Part shown: positions 36,280 to 48,583 of the stretch, one piece after another | How positions within the stretch are numbered: the stretch's first letter is position 1 | Layout: every line of letters begins with the position of its first letter | Source: Octopus bimaculoides | Taxonomy: Eukaryota | NCBI RefSeq assembly: GCF_001194135.2 | Contig: NC_069003.1 | Location: 24,033,181 to 24,091,999 of the forward strand | DNA: 58,819 bases | Reading direction: 5' to 3' | The notes under the pieces: model-generated | Told to the model about the DNA's origin: nothing | Seen by the model: only the letters and a program-made list of their open reading frames with translations | Databases searched by the model: none | Translations under genes and position numbers: made by a program

Positions 36280-37880
36280 CAGTGACTTTCTGGTTTAATT
36301 CGGAGTTTAGAATTTTAATAGCGTATTCTCCTTTTGCCGTGTATAGCTGATCATTTTGTTATTTTTGAAATAAAGGAAATATTTTGAATTTTCCATTAGC
36401 ACAAATGTTTAGATGTTCACTACATGCAATATTTCTATGAGATAATCATTGATTTTCTGTTCATCCACTCTCACACGGCTGGTCAGCTTTGATCCTGTTC
36501 CTCCGATGTAATTCTCTTTGCATTGTGGGCATGTGATGCAGTAGATAAGTCTTCCGTTGTTTTGAAGGTGAACACAAATATGTTTGCATTCACCTTCAGT
36601 TACTTCTCATTCTCGAATGTTCTGGTTGTTCCACGTTTAGTTATTTCACACGTTCCATAAAGAAAGATTCCACACATTGTTACCTGCATTATCTCTTTCT
36701 CCGAAGTGAATCTCGCTCCTGTTAAGAGTCTTATGAAATTTGGTGGTTGTTTTCGGCTGTTGATAATTTGTGACTCTCATTATTTGTTAAAAGATTCGAT
36801 GACTGATGTAGAAATGGAAGGTATCGCTTGGCTGAATGTAAGATTTTGTGGTTTCTTGGATTATGTATGACTACAAATGGAATATTTATATTTCTACTTT
36901 TGGTTTCACCCTCAACGTGAATGTTTTCCTGTAAGTCAAAGATTTGGCACGATTTGTTAAATTTTAGGCTTCTACATATTAGCTTCTACCAGTCTATATA
37001 TACTGAGCATATATGTCTTTCCATGTTAATTTGGTATTCTTTATGTGTGACACGGGTGTCAACATCTAAAATCTAAGTATTTTGAGTGTGTCTGTGTCTT
37101 TGCAACAGAGATCGGTTATAACTACCTCAGTTTCTTTAATTATCAGGATGACCAGTATGGAACTTCCTTTTCATTCATTTTCATAGTGAAATGGATCGAT
37201 TCATGAAGGCTATTTGTTAATTTAAATTATCTTGTAAAAGATAAAGGTATCTTTTATCTAGGAATCATTTCCAATTTCCTGTTAAACAAGATTGGAAATG
37301 TTGATCAAATGTAATTCCAGATAACGTATTGACTTTTCTTCTAGGAATCCCATTACTAATATCGCAAATGTTGGTGCGACTTCCGTTCCCATCTCTGTGC
37401 TTTGAATTTGTAGGTAATCTTACGCATCAAAGAAGTGGTTGTTCTCTAGTATCAATCCTTCAGGTAATACTTCATGTATAAATCTTGGGGGCAATTTTTC
37501 CTGAACTTTCTTGGGTATTTGTTAATTCACAGTTCCACTCATCCTATTCCCTGAAAGATATTTGTGTAGAGACTGGTCGCATCGAAAGCAACCATGATCG
37601 TCTCTTATCAACTCTTCCTGGATCATGATTTAAGAAGTCCATGTCGTCTCTTATGAAACTCGGGACCAATTTACACATTAGTTTCAAAATCGTGGCAGGC
37701 AAATTGCTTAATCATTGACTGCTAGATGGTAGGCGTGCAACAATTAGACGTACTTTTAAATCAGATGGTTAAAAAATTTTCACATATGGTATATGGAGAT
37801 CCTTTAAGCAGTTATTGATTTCATTGCATTGTAGTTCGTAAAAGTTACTTCTTCTTACCTCCAAATTTGTGAGGTAATTC
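36280..37880 (-). mobile_element. Decayed Penelope-like element (RT plus GIY-YIG endonuclease)
   Basis: Minus-strand pieces: SFIRDDMDFLNH, MVAFDATSLYTNI, LILENNHFF, LQIQSTEMGTEVAPTFAILVMGFLEEK (cf. QIKGTAMG), SIHFTMK, KYLDFRC*HP, and the endonuclease LIYCITCPQCKENYIGGTG...AIKILNSELN. Confidence 0.9.
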
Positions 37881-38059
37881 AACGTCTTTTTCGTTGAGAG
37901 AAAGAGAGAGAAAAAGAGAGAGAGAGAAAGAGCGCGCNNNNNNNNNNGGGGGGGGGGTAAATTTCAATTTATTGAAACAGAATGTGAAAGTATATTTTGC
38001 ATTGCTATGTGGAAAGGAGCTAGCCCGGGGTTAAACAGCAACGGCAAAGATAAAGAGCC

Positions 38060-38510
38060 AGGATAAATAGCACAAGACATTTTTCTGGCGCTCCGACGAT
38101 TCTGCTAATCCACGGACCTAGAAAATGCAATAATTTTTTCTGATTTGAGGACAATGCCAATAATTTTGAAGATAATGGGGCTGGTGGCTATCATCAACTC
38201 CAGTCCTTAACTAGCACTTTATTTTATCGACCACCAGAATGGGCTTACAACGAGATGTATAAATGTATATGGTGAGAAATGACCTCAGAGCGTAAAGAGC
38301 CGAGAGAAATATATTGCAGTATTTCTTCCACCGCTCTGACGATTCAACCACCTCACCACCTTTCGTTTGTTTCTTCTGAGCACAAGACATGAAATTTTAA
38401 GGGAAAAACGTTTTTGACGCCGGTAAGATTTGAACTTAGAACATAAAGAACCAGAACAAATACCATTATTTTGCTGACACTTTCACGATTCTGCTATTCT
38501 ACCATCCTAA
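38060..38510 (-). mobile_element. Highly diverged SINE family A copies
   Basis: Recurrent cgattctgcta, tttatcgacc and atttgaact motifs. Confidence 0.55.
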
Positions 38511-38734
38511 TAAAGTACAATGATAAAAGCAAAGTACAACTTGGGTTGTAGACTTAATTGATCATTGAGAGGTTTAACATGATATCCTGCTTTCGTGAGT
38601 CTTTTTAGTAGGGGCTACTGTATGTCAGGGACTGAGGGTTAGGTTATCCGGTGGAGGCCAAACTGGGAGACTCAGAATGGTTTCAAGGGCGTTGCTTTTC
38701 TTCCTCTTGATAAATAACGAAAGAAAACGCCAAC

Positions 38735-39310
38735 GTCAACAACAACAACAACAAAAACAAAAACACAAATAACCACACCGGGAACAGTAGTCACTATATC
38801 ATCATTAGCAGTTGCACCATCACCACCACCACCATCATCACTACCGCCACCAACATCATCATCCTCATCGTCATCATCGTCATCATCTCCACCAACACCA
38901 CCACTACCACCACCACCATCATCACTATCGCCACCAACATCATTCTCATCACCACCACCACCACCATTATTGTCATTATCATCATCATCATTATCACCGG
39001 TACCACCACCGCCACCACCACCACCAACAACAACAACACCACCACCAACAACACCACCATCACCACCACCGTCGTCATCATCATCATCATCATCATCATC
39101 CACATTATCATCATCATCATCATCACCGCCACCGTCATCATCATCATCATCATCATCATCCACATTATCATCATCATCATCACCGCCACCACAAACATCA
39201 TCATCATCATCACAATCACAACCACAACTACCGCCGCCGCCGCTACCACCACCACCACTGCCTTAACCATCCTCCTCATCCCTTTTCTTCCTCCTCCTCC
39301 TCCTCCACCT
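38735..39310 (+). repeat. Compound (CAA)/(CAC)/(CAT) trinucleotide tract with an internal duplication of about 60 bp (39061-39180)
   Basis: Read directly; the unit caccgccaccgtc(atc)n-cacattatc(atc)n occurs twice. Confidence 0.92.
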
Positions 39311-40793
39311 CCACCTTTTCCTTCTCCACATCATCAACATCATCATTATCTGCAAAACAGGAGAGCAAATTGCCAGAACGTGAATCAAATGCCGTACAGA
39401 CATTTATTGACAGTCCGAAGACCATCATGGTAGTATATTTTCTTTTCTTTTCTTTTCCTTTTTTTTTTTGTTTGTTGTTGCTGCTCTTGTTATTGTTGTT
39501 GTTATTGTTATTGTTCATCTTGTTCTTGTTCTTCTCCTCCCACTCCATTTTCCCACTACTTCTCTTCCCTCCTCCTCCGGCAATGTCAGTTATAACTGAC
39601 TGTAACGTTTATTGTGCTTCAATCTTGGAGAATACACACGTACATATATACATACATACATACACACACACACACATATATATATACATATATATATACA
39701 TATATATATATGTATATATATATATATATGCAGATACATACACACACACACACATATATATATATATACATATATATATACATATATATTCATATATATN
39801 NNNNNNNNNNNNNNNNNNNNNNNNNNNNNNNNNNNNNNNNNNNNNNNNNNNNNNNNNNNNNNNNNNNNNNNNNNNNNNNNNNNNNNNNNNNNNNNNNNNN
39901 NNNNNNNNNNNNNNNNNNNNNNNNNNNNNNNNNNNNNNNNNNNNNNNNNNNNNNNNNNNNNNNNNNNNNNNNNNNNNNNNNNNNNNNNNNNNNNNNNNNN
40001 NNNNNNNNNNNNNNNNNNNNNNNNNNNNNNNNNNNNNNNNNNNNNNNNNNNNNNNNNNNNNNNNNNNNNNNNNNNNNNNNNNNNNNNNNNNNNNNNNNNN
40101 NNNNNNNNNNNNNNNNNNNNNNNNNNNNNNNNNNNNNNNNNNNNNNNNNNNNNNNNNNNNNNNNNNNNNNNNNNNNNNNNNNNNNNNNNNNNNNNNNNNN
40201 NNNNNNNNNNNNNNNNNNNNNNNNNNNNNNNNNNNNNNNNNNNNNNNNNNNNNNNNNNNNNNNNNNNNNNNNNNNNNNNNNNNNNNNNNNNNNNNNNNNN
40301 NNNNNNNNNNNNNNNNNNNNNNNNNNNNNNNNNNNNNNNNNNNNNNNNNNNNNNNNNNNNNNNNNNNNNNNNNNNNNNNNNNNNNNNNNNNNNNNNNNNN
40401 NNNNNNNNNNNNNNNNNNNNNNNNNNNNNNNNNNNNNNNNNNNNNNNNNNNNNNNNNNNNNNNNNNNNNNNNNNNNNNNNNNNNNNNNNNNNNNNNNNNN
40501 NNNNNNNNNNNNNNNNNNNNNNNNNNNNNNNNNNNNNNNNNNNNNNNNNNNNNNNNNNNNNNNNNNNNNNNNNNNNNNNNNNNNNNNNNNNNNNNNNNNN
40601 NNNNNNNNNNNNNNNNNNNNNNNNNNNNNNNNNNNNNNNNNNNNNNNNNNNNNNNNNNNNNNNNNNNNNNNNNNNNNNNNNNNNNNNNNNNNNNNNNNNN
40701 NNNNNNNNNNNNNNNNNNNNNNNNNNNNNNNNNNNNNNNNNNNNNNNNNNNNNNNNNNNNNNNNNNNNNNNNNNNNNNNNNNNNNNNNNNATA

Positions 40794-40836
<43 letters not shown>

Positions 40837-41297
40837 GCAGAGCGAGAGACAGAGAATGTATGTGTGTGTGTGTGTGTGGGTGCGTGCCTGTGTGTGCGTG
40901 TGTGAGTGTGTGTGCGTTCATATGTGTGTGTGAGGGAGAGCGAGAGGGACAGAGAGAGAGAGATAGAGAAAGAGAGCGAGAGAGATAGAATGAGAGCGAG
41001 AGAGATAGAATGAGAGTGAGAGAGAGAGGGAGAGAGAGAGAGAGAGAGAGAGATACTTGTTTGAATGATCGATAGACATTGTTGAACTAAACGACTGAAT
41101 AATAATGAGCTTACGACGAGATGTATAAATATATATACACCAAACACATTCACTCATACACATATATGCATATATATATATATGTATATATATACACATA
41201 TGTAGGTTTGTGTGTGTGTGTTTGTGCATATATATATATATATAATCTTCATGTAGATATGTATGTATTTGTATATGTACATCTCTCTCTCTCTCTC

Positions 41298-41373
<76 letters not shown>

Positions 41374-41608
41374 AACACACATAAATGTAGGTATATCCGG
41401 GGAAAGTCATTAGGTGAAATCTACAGATGCTCACCATACAAATTACGTAATAATGCTCAGGTAGTTTGAACTTAAATTTGGAAGTCTTCATCGAGGCCTA
41501 GCTCCACGGGGTAAACCGTGCTTATTAGAGCAATCCAGGTGAGCTGATTTGGAGATAGTGGTGCAGATAAACACTATTAGACTTGACATATATAAATATA
41601 CATACACG

Positions 41609-41660
<52 letters not shown>

Positions 41661-41662
<2 letters not shown>

Positions 41663-41875
41663 GGGAGAATTCACAAAAAAAAAGACAAAACAAAAAAAGA
41701 CGCAGATAGGTGGTGTAGAAAACAAACAGATGTATTAGTATAACGTTGGCGAATTGAAAAAAAGTCGTTAGTGTTTCGAGCTTACGCTCTTCCACAGAAA
41801 GGAACACAGAAAGAAACAAGGAGAGAAACAAGCAGAGAAAAAATGTGTGTAGTGGTTAGCGATCTATCATGGCGA
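41661..41875 (-). mobile_element. Short non-autonomous element between (TA)n tracts carrying a degenerate hammerhead motif
   Basis: Minus strand 41797-41769 reads CTGTGGA-A-GAGC-GTAA-GCTC-GAAAC-ACTA. Confidence 0.5.
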
Positions 41876-42144
41876 TATATTTATATATATTTATATATAA
41901 ATAGCTGAAGGATTAAAATTAATCAAAGGACATACTAAGTATATCTACCTCCTGGAAATAACAGCCAAACTCATTTAAATCAACAAAATTGATTTCAATG
42001 CTTCCGCTATTTAATGTCTTTTGGAGGCCCGCAATCACCTATATTATTGATTCTGTTATTATCATTTTTAAATTGTTACACTAGATAATAATAGATTCAA
42101 TGATATCTTTACAAATAATTTCTCGTGAATTATTTGCTCCGTAT

Positions 42145-42184
<40 letters not shown>

Positions 42185-42189
42185 TCTAT

Positions 42190-42530
42190 TATTCTATTAT
42201 TTGTTTCAGTCATTTGGCTTCGGTCATGCTGGAGCACCGCCTTTAGTCGAGCAAATCGACTGCAGTACTTATTCTTTGTAACCCTAGTACTTATCCTATC
42301 GGTTTTCTTTTGCCGAACCGCTATTTTACGGGGACGTAAACACATCAACATCGTTTGTGAAGCGATGGTGTTGGGACAGAGACACACAAATATATGCATA
42401 TATATATACGACGGGCTTCTTTTAGTTTCTGCCTACCGAATCCACTCACAAGGCTTTAGTCGGCCCGAGGCTATAGTAGAAGACACTTGCCCAAGGTGCT
42501 ACGCTGTGGGACTGAACCCGGAACCATGAC
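42190..42530 (-). mobile_element. SINE family B, near full length
   Basis: Both halves and the head ctgtgggactgaacccggaaccatg are present. Confidence 0.9.
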
Positions 42531-42612
42531 TATTTGTTTTGTTTTCTTTTTTTCTTTTTTCAATAAGATAGTTTTTAACTATTAAATGTGAGATACTCTG
42601 GATAAATTTTCT

Positions 42613-42715
42613 CGGTAAACTCTTCTCGCGGTGAACTTTCATCACGGTAAACTTTCTTCACGCCGAATTGAAGGCGGTGAACTTTCCCTGTGGTGAATTG
42701 ATGTCGGTGAATTTG
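42613..42715 (+). repeat. Degenerate 14-16-bp array, core (c)ggtgaa(c/t)t
   Basis: Cores at 42613, 42629, 42645, 42661, 42675, 42691 and 42705. Confidence 0.7.
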
Positions 42716-43301
42716 CCCCGTTCTTTTCAGAGGTGAAACCGAGACAAAAGTGAGTTGAAACCATAACCAAAAGGAATGTCACGCATAGTCTGCAGATTCG
42801 CAACATGTGGATTGGATATTAAGGAAGACCGAATCTTCTTTCTGTAATAGCCAGGTGATTTGGCAACTCTTTACTGCAAAAATATTAACATAAAAGCACG
42901 TTTTCTTCTATGAAGACAGTGCTTCCAAGTGCTGAAATGATATATGTGAGCTGGTGTGACGTACTATTCGTCTTTCACTTAGAAGGCAGAGAGTCTGCCA
43001 AGAAAAGACGGGAAATAGAAACAGCTGCACAAAGCAGTTATTATTTACAGTACATGCATGTAGAATATTGTCAAGTACAACAATAGCATTTAAAAATGAA
43101 TTAAACTAAACACATGTTTCTATTATCAAGATATATTTTATTGATTCTTCAGTACCGTCATATTTTTCACTTGAAATTATTTTTCGATAAAAATTTTTTG
43201 TCATTTTTAATTTCGTCAAAAAATTCTAAGCAACTTAAGGGAATCTTTATTCTAGTCGCTAGAAGGACCTTTACTAGCTTCTGCCAAATTGTCCCTCCTA
43301 T

Positions 43302-43493
43302 CTATAAGTATTTGTGCCTTTGAGATTTTAACTGATCTTTAAGATCCAACCTACTTCCATGAACCACAAGGAACACTGTAAGACAGTGATGACAATTTAC
43401 TCTGACGATGCAAAACTTGTTTACAAGATAGTAATCCTTCTTGAGTTCTTTTGTAAATGTACACGCTCTTTTCCACATTGTAAACATAATCAA
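43302..43493 (-). mobile_element. Probable DNA-transposase N-terminal zinc-finger remnant (hAT-like)
   Basis: KRACTFTKELKKDY...VNCHHCLTVFLVVHGSRLDLKDQLKSQRHK has the Cx2C...HGxRxD...RHK pattern recalled from hAT-type transposase N-termini. No database check was possible. Confidence 0.45.
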
Positions 43494-43815
43494 ATTTTTT
43501 AATGGAAATATGTATGAAATATCAAAGTAAGTGGAACATGAAGTATATATTACAACTGGTATATTCTAAAACGTGCCACCACCTGGATAAATTTACACAG
43601 TCAATAACATAACCAGAATAACAGCGATATAACATGCAGATCGAATTGCTTTTTCGTGAAAGAACAAAAGAGTCATTGTTACTTAATACAAAAGCCCATG
43701 TGTGATTGAAGAGTTTTATAAAATGTTATTACTGACCGTAGAGGTGTATAGTTCAATAAGCGTGTGTGTATATGTGTGTGTGTTGTGTGTGTGTATTGTG
43801 TGTTTGTGTGTGGTT

Positions 43816-43904
<89 letters not shown>

Positions 43905-44105
43905 ACACATGTACATACACACACAGACACACACACACACATATATTCTTTATTTGTGAATTAAGGCTGTTAAGAAAGGTAGGAAAATATCCTAGTGTCT
44001 TAACAATTTTTCAAACCGATCATACGGAGAAAGGCATTCCCCCTCCATTTTGGAAAACACCAATGCGGTATTGAGCACTCATTTCATCGTTCGAGATTTA
44101 TGTAA

Positions 44106-44138
<33 letters not shown>

Positions 44139-44140
44139 TA

Positions 44141-44305
44141 GGCGCAGGAGTGGCTGTGTGGTAAGTAGCTTGCTTACCAACCACATGGTACTGGGTTCAG
44201 TCCCACTGCGTGGCACCTTGGGCAGGTGTCTTCTACTATAGCCTCAGGCCGACCAAAGCCTTGTGGGTGGATTTGGTAGACGGAAACTGAAAGAAGCCCG
44301 TCGTA
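44141..44305 (+). mobile_element. SINE family B, 5' half, low divergence, running into (TA)n and a gap
   Basis: ggcgcaggagtggctgtgtggtaagtagcttgcttaccaaccacatggtactgggttcagtcccactgcgtggcaccttgggc...gaagcccgtcg. Confidence 0.93.
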
Positions 44306-44899
44306 TATATGTATATATATGTATATATNNNNNNNNNNNNNNNNNNNNNNNNNNNNNNNNNNNNNNNNNNNNNNNNNNNNNNNNNNNNNNNNNNNNNNNN
44401 NNNNNNNNNNNNNNNNNNNNNNNNNNNNNNNNNNNNNNNNNNNNNNNNNNNNNNNNNNNNNNNNNNNNNNNNNNNNNNNNNNNNNNNNNNNNNNNNNNNN
44501 NNNNNNNNNNNNNNNNNNNNNNNNNNNNNNNNNNNNNNNNNNNNNNNNNNNNNNNNNNNNNNNNNNNNNNNNNNNNNNNNNNNNNNNNNNNNNNNNNNNN
44601 NNNNNNNNNNNNNNNNNNNNNNNNNNNNNNNNNNNNNNNNNNNNNNNNNNNNNNNNNNNNNNNNNNNNNNNNNNNNNNNNNNNNNNNNNNNNNNNNNNNN
44701 NNNNNNNNNNNNNNNNNNNNNNNNNNNNNNNNNNNNNNNNNNNNNNNNNNNNNNNNNNNNNNNNNNNNNNNNNNNNNNNNNNNNNNNNATATATATATAT
44801 ATATATATATACATATATATATCATACCGAAAGCATGAACGCATGCGCATTATAATATGACAGCACCACAGAATCAAAAGACATCACCTACCTACATAT

Positions 44900-45350
44900 C
44901 TCACTACATACACACACACACACACACACTTGAACACAAATACACACACAGACACATACACACTTATACACAAACACATACACATGCACACACGCACACG
45001 CTCATATACAAACACACACACACAAACACACCCATACACAAACACACACACACACACACAACACACACACACACACTCATACACAAACACACACACACAC
45101 GCGCACACACGCACACACTCATACACAAACACACAGACACACACAGACACAAAAACACTCATACACAAACACACACACACACGCACTCTTACAAACATAC
45201 ACGCGCGTATTCACACACAACGTACACACACTCATACACAAACATACACACGCACACTCTTACACACACACGCGCGCGCGCGTACAAACACACAACACAC
45301 ACACTTATACACAAATACACAAATACACACACACACACACACACATACAC
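44900..45350 (+). repeat. (CA)n-derived minisatellite, unit about actcatacacaaac(ac)n
   Basis: ctcatacacaaac and close variants recur at about 45001, 45077, 45118, 45158, 45231 and 45304. Confidence 0.85.
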
Positions 45351-45610
45351 ACACTGGAAGGACTACTAACGCATACGCATGCTCTTTCACATATAAAAAG
45401 ACATCGCAAAAAGGAACCTGATATTTAACGCACACAACACAACACAATACAATACACACACATACACACACAGACATTCCCACGCACAGACGTAGACACT
45501 CACATATTTCCTGTTATGCGTGCGCGTACACATATACCCTTATAATCATTAACATTTCTTTAAATCTGAAAGTATAGATTCAAATTATTTATTAATTATT
45601 ATATGAATAT

Positions 45611-46889
45611 CTAATATTTAGTAGACATGCCCTTTGCATTTATCAATACAAGGATCCTATAAGGCATGCTACAGATCAGACAACGAATATTCTCTTAGGA
45701 AATTTCTTGCCAAGTTTCATGCAATAATCTCAAAAGATCCGGCTATGAGAAAGCTTTCTTGTTCTTTTTATGAAGTGTCCTGTCCATTATGTCCCAGAGG
45801 TGTTCAATAGGGTTCATATCTGGTGACTGGCTTGGCCACGGAAGTTTTTTAACGCTATTCTTTTCCAACCAATCTTGGGTCTTTATAGCCGTGTGACAAG
45901 GAGTCTCATCTTCCATAAATAAAGAGTCTTCTTTAATCATTTCGCCATTGGAGAAGATTGGAAAGAGTCCTTTCTGCAATACGGACACATATTTATCTGA
46001 GTTTATGTTTCCCTCACACTCCACCAGCTCTGATTAACCATTGCTCAAAATTTCCCCCCAGACAATCTCACAGAATAGCTGTCTTATTTCATTGTTAGCA
46101 GCAGTCTTTTCAGAGTCTCCAGACCCACGTTCGACCACTGTCAGAAAATACAGCAAATCTGGACTCATCAAAGAATATGACAGTGTCCCAAAATACTAGT
46201 GGCCACTGTATCATCTCACTGGCCCAATCTTTTCTCCACTTGATATTGGCTGGTTGAAGAAGTGGCTTCCTTCTTGCTGCTTTGCCAAAGTAGCCAAGTT
46301 TGAGTAGATACCTGACAGCTGTTTTGAGACTGACATCAACTTGTTCTGCTATGTTAGAGGCCTTGAAATGAGGATTATCCTCTACACTTCACTTAACAAA
46401 GCAAAGGGTCCTATCAGAGGGCCCTGATCAACCTGGGCAAGGTGATGTGGACTCTTTCCCTCTCTGGTGAATTGCACAATCACCCAAGTAACTGTAGAAA
46501 GCGGCACCTCAAGGTTCTCTGTGATCTAACGCTAAGTCCACCTTCAGATTGACCCAATACGGCCTCTTTGAAATTTAGACAGTTCCAAGGCTTCTTTGGT
46601 ACGTGGCATGATGAAACAGTCATATATAGAACCTGAAACATAAACATGTTATAAAGAATATAAGAATATCTGAAGAAGGAATTGTATTCCAAAATATCAT
46701 CGGACTATGGATAACTAAATTACAACAGGTATATAGTCCATTTTTTTGTATTATAGTGTATTGTTGTACCATTCAAAACATTTTATTCTTTATAAAAATG
46801 TCCATTAATAAAAAAAATAAACCTTTTCAAGTTAAATAAAAATAAAACCATGTTTTATAGGGTGTTTATTTACTTCTGCCTTGTCTGTG
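45611..46889 (-). mobile_element. Tc1-family transposon, decayed transposase, one terminus visible
   Basis: Minus strand gives LGYFGKAARRKPLL, WDTVIFFDESRF, LFMEDETPCHTA, WPSQSPDMNPIEHLW and SMPYRILVLINAKGMSTKY* (stop at 45611). Terminus TA-CACAGACAAGGCAGAAGTAAATAAACACCC at 46889-46891. Confidence 0.93.
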
Positions 46890-47025
46890 TATGTCCTCAA
46901 ATACTTTTCGTACCGTGCATATGTGTGTGTATATCACAAATATATATCACATACATACATTGATACATACATACGTACGTACATACATACATGCATACAT
47001 ACATACATACATACATACATACATA

Positions 47026-47535
47026 GATCTGACATAATGATTTGGGATAGAGGGGAAACTGTGTAGAGTTGTGGAAATCAGCTGCCCAGCGGATGTTAAC
47101 ATAAAGCTAAAGATTAGCGAAAAAGAAAATACTTATGCTGAACTTTTGAGAAATTTGCAGTTACTTTATCCCGATTGTAAGTTTGGATTTATATCTGTAA
47201 TTATTGGGGCCCTGGGATATGTAGCACACTGTCTAAATACCAGTCTTGAGAAATTAAGCTTCTCAAAACCAGAAAGGAGAAACTTGATTCGAAGACTATA
47301 GATCCAAGCCAACACTGGAACTCAAGAAAACCTGTAAAACTTTTATCATTTAAATATACATATGAGCATGTCTAGATCTGCAACTATATGCAGGAGAAGA
47401 CATACATAAAACAAAACACACAAATCTACATGTATGCATACATACATACATACAAAAATACCCTGTTGATGTTGTTGAAATTCCAATGAAGGAGCCTTGG
47501 ATCTAGGTTAGAAACCAGCTCTTTCTTGGCAAGAA
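47026..47535 (+). mobile_element. 5'-truncated RLE LINE 3' end (endonuclease tail plus 3' UTR)
   Basis: SDIMIWDR...VEISCPADVNIKLKISEKENTYAELLRNLQLLYPDCKFGFISVIIGALGYV, followed by a UTR ending cttgaaataaaactaaaaat. Confidence 0.88.
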
Positions 47536-47563
47536 ATCTTGAAATAAACTAAAAATTACATAC

Positions 47564-47597
<34 letters not shown>

Positions 47598-48039
47598 GTA
47601 CGTACGTATGAATGTATGTATGTATGTATGTATGTATGTATTATGTATGTATGTATGTATGTATGCATGCATGTGCGTCTGTATGCGTGTCTTTTTGCAA
47701 GTGTGTGAGTGCGTATGTGTGGTGTACATTGAGGAGGTCATTTTGTCAATAAGACACGCGCACTGGTTATATATAGCTTCTATGTATGCACATGCATCCG
47801 TGTGCGCGTGTGTGTGTGTGTGTTTGTGTGTCCCTGTGAGCATGCGCATATATGTAACATTCTGTACGTAAAATATATGTTGCGTGTGATCTTAATGGGA
47901 GATTGGAAAATAAACGATAAAATATGATATAAATATAAATATAAACATAAAAGTTTCTGTTACCTTGGAGATAACTGAAATAGTTCCGGGTGGCAATAAA
48001 TAATATAAAAATTTAATTAATTTGTGGTGTGAATGACAG

Positions 48040-48351
48040 AAAGGGGAGGGTGGTATTGCTGGTGGTAATGTTGGTGTTGTTGTTGTTGATGGTGGTGTTG
48101 TTGTTGTTTGTGGTAGTAGGGATGGTAGTGGGAGGAGGGTGGTGGTAGCAGTGATGGTTGTGGTAGGAGTGGTGGTGGTTGTAGAGATGTTGGTGCCGTA
48201 AGGGTGGTCGTTGTGGTGGTGGAGGTTGTTTTGGTGGTAGTGGTGGTGGTAGTGGTGGTGGTATTAGTGGTGTTGGTATTGGTGGTGGTAGAGGTAGCGG
48301 TAGTGGTAGTGGCGCTGTTGACACCACAAAGATAAGAACGGCAGCGACGAC

Positions 48352-48401
<50 letters not shown>

Positions 48402-48498
48402 CGACGATGATGTTGATGATGATGATGATGACGATGATGATGATGATGATGATGATGATGCTGATGATGATGACGATGATGATGATGATGATGATAAA

Positions 48499-48531
<33 letters not shown>

Positions 48532-48543
48532 GATGATGATGAC

Positions 48544-48583
<40 letters not shown>
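48040..48583 (+). repeat. (GGT)/(GTT) then long (GAT)n trinucleotide tract
   Basis: Read directly from the sequence. Confidence 0.95.

Noticed and set aside
38672-40905. His-, Asp/Gly- and Pro/Ser-rich ORFs of up to 697 aa
   Set aside because: All frames are open only because of a stop-free trinucleotide tract plus a gap. There is no domain and no splice context.
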